A stretch of DNA of 32,000 nt, from the NCBI RefSeq assembly GCF_000020025.1, contig NC_010628.1, forward strand, positions 5,370,001 through 5,402,000. Direction: 5' to 3'. The notes beneath the pieces are model-generated. The model ran no database searches and had not been told where the DNA came from. It worked only from the letters and a program-made list of their open reading frames with translations. The translations under genes and the position numbers were made by a program. Below, piece by piece: positions 30,369 through 32,000 of the stretch (position 1 is its first letter; the number at the start of each line of letters is the position of its first letter). This DNA comes from Nostoc punctiforme PCC 73102 (GTDB taxonomy: Bacteria > Cyanobacteriota > Cyanobacteriia > Cyanobacteriales > Nostocaceae).

Positions 30369-32000
30369 TTATTTCCCCTGCCACATCTGCCGTAACAACT
30401 GAAAAATCTTTACAAATCTCTCTTCAAGCCAGAGCATAGCATAATCAACCCATTCCAGAAGTTGCTCTAAGGGATGCTTCTCATAGCCTGTTGAAGTTGC
30501 TTTGGTTTCTATCCAGTCTGGCTGTGCCTCAACTTGACTGCTTTGATGAAACTGCTGTTGCAAAATTTCCCCTTTACGAATCTCGCGTTTAGTTAGGGAA
30601 GTATGGGCTTGGGTTTGTTTTGCAGCGGCAACTTTTCCAGATATTTTTTGACTTGAGGCAAGATTACTAATTGCTTGTTTCCTTTGCACCAAGCCAGATC
30701 CGATCTTAGGCTGTTTTACAGTTAAATTATTTTGTGGAAAATGCCCTACTGATAAACTTGCAGCTAAAGCAGGATTTTTCATTTGAGAAAGTGTAACTGA
30801 CTTGTCAGTAACGGTTTCGGTGTCACCAAATAAATCATTCCATGTTAGCCAAGGATCAATACCTAAATCCTGGTTCTCCAACAGAGGGCTTTTAGATAAG
30901 GCTTTTCTAAAGCGTGATGACAATAGTTTACCTGAAAATTGCTCATCACTAGTTGTTGAATCAAGTGTTTTTCTATTACCAACACCAAAAAAGTAATTAA
31001 GCGCCGCCTCAATCAAAGCCTGAATGTTCAGTGTATGAGTTTCCAAACCATCAGCAGTGGTTGCAATTTCTCCCCTAGCAGCTAATTGCTCTTTGCCATA
31101 AAGAAATATGTTTAACTGAGTTTGGGCAACTTGAACAATTTCCTGGCTACGTTCTTGCACAGGTACTAAAGCATTTGACTCCAACTTAGCAACAGCTATA
31201 TCTAGAAACGCTAGTAATCTTTTAGTATTAAGTAAATCTTTTGATATACCCTCAGCTAAAGCTGGAATTTTGGTTGTATTTCCATCAGTGAGTTTTGCTA
31301 ATAAACGGTCAATCTGTGGTAATAGCTCTGTTTCTTTTTTGACTATAATCAACCGCCAGGACTGCCAGTAATTAGCAACTTCGTTAATAATTCGATTTTC
31401 TAACTTTGCCTGCTGCTGGGGTGTCAAAATATCTAGAATTTCATTTTCGGTAGTAACAAGCACTAAACTCCGATTCATCAAATTTGTGGCAATTCCCCGC
31501 ACTGCTGGAAAATGCTGTTTTAGAGCGTTATCTAACTGTAAAGAGTTGATAATCTCCGCTTTATTCTCTGTAATACTTGAAGATTCTATATAACTTACGT
31601 TATTTGTCGAGTTTTTATCAACAAACTTCAGCCGAAAAATTCCCAATAAAGCCAAGGGATTGAAAGTTTCAGATGTTTTTGTAGGAGTGGAGACGGCTTC
31701 ATCTGACAACACGTAATTGACTGCTTCTAGTACTTGTTGAATAGGACTATCAGCATTTGGAATTTCGGGCTGGAAATCGGTATCATTTGGTTGTAACTTT
31801 AGTCTAGTTTGTGGCTCTTTGGTCTGTAGCGTTTTCCCGGATGATTCAGATGACTGAAACAGTAGATACACTGGGTAAAGTAGTGCCTCCACACCCCACT
31901 TAGTGGCAACTTGCAAATGCCGGAAGGTGTGTTCCCACTGTTGTGTCACCCGCCGAGATTGCTGGTGGACAAAGTTAAATAGTCTGCTTTGATAACGACC
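30369..32000 (-). CDS. Large hypothetical protein, probably continuing beyond the right edge
   Basis: The ORF track gives 526 aa from GTG 31949. The same frame stays open to 32000 (..RYQSRLFNFVHQQSRRVTQQWEH..) and there is no SD-like element before the GTG, so the true start is probably outside the window. I recognise no domain. The protein is Ser/Thr/Gln-rich and ends in a Trp-rich helix (..LLEWVDYAMLWLEERFVKIFQLLRQMWQGK). Confidence 0.6.
   Translation of the reverse strand, partial: GRYQSRLFNFVHQQSRRVTQQWEHTFRHLQVATKWGVEALLYPVYLLFQSSESSGKTLQTKEPQTRLKLQPNDTDFQPEIPNADSPIQQVLEAVNYVLSDEAVSTPTKTSETFNPLALLGIFRLKFVDKNSTNNVSYIESSSITENKAEIINSLQLDNALKQHFPAVRGIATNLMNRSLVLVTTENEILDILTPQQQAKLENRIINEVANYWQSWRLIIVKKETELLPQIDRLLAKLTDGNTTKIPALAEGISKDLLNTKRLLAFLDIAVAKLESNALVPVQERSQEIVQVAQTQLNIFLYGKEQLAARGEIATTADGLETHTLNIQALIEAALNYFFGVGNRKTLDSTTSDEQFSGKLLSSRFRKALSKSPLLENQDLGIDPWLTWNDLFGDTETVTDKSVTLSQMKNPALAASLSVGHFPQNNLTVKQPKIGSGLVQRKQAISNLASSQKISGKVAAAKQTQAHTSLTKREIRKGEILQQQFHQSSQVEAQPDWIETKATSTGYEKHPLEQLLEWVDYAMLWLEERFVKIFQLLRQMWQGK

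Noticed and set aside
1-32000. tRNA, rRNA and known riboswitch signatures
   Set aside because: I found no T-loop-like GGTTCGAATCC-type strings, no rRNA-like segments and no aptamer I could recognise. This was a by-eye check, so absence is not proven.

Overview
This looks like a chromosomal window from a Nostoc/Anabaena-type (Nostocales) cyanobacterium. The basis is about 38 hand-counted GCGATCGC (HIP1) sites, heptameric STRR arrays and the gene content. From left to right the window holds: (1) a partial Hanks-type Ser/Thr kinase (-), a VapB/VapC toxin-antitoxin pair and a Uma2 endonuclease (+). (2) The CO2-concentrating-mechanism superlocus: ndhF4-ndhD4-cupB with a tightly appended MpaB/DUF2236-like gene (-), divergent across a 659-bp AT-rich region from ccmK-ccmK-ccmL-ccmM-ccmN-ccmO (+), followed by a CbbR-family LysR regulator and a DUF4139/MuiA-like gene. 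(3) An apparently intact 1003-bp IS (DDE_Tnp_4-type transposase, ~25-bp inverted repeats, AAT target duplication) next to decayed gene remnants (a PhoX/DUF839-like 3' fragment and a Uma2 remnant). (4) A small Cys-rich ORF, mnmE and an SDR. (5) A four-gene cluster of two secreted paralogous subunit-like proteins, a PapD-like periplasmic chaperone candidate and an 876-aa usher-like protein. I interpret it as an uncharacterised chaperone-usher-type surface-fibre system, and it is the best candidate for something new in this window. (6) An alpha/beta hydrolase, a PlsC-type acyltransferase and two orphan ORFs, the last of which runs off the right edge. I saw no rRNA, tRNA or CRISPR array. All family assignments come from reading motifs in the translations by eye, not from database searches.
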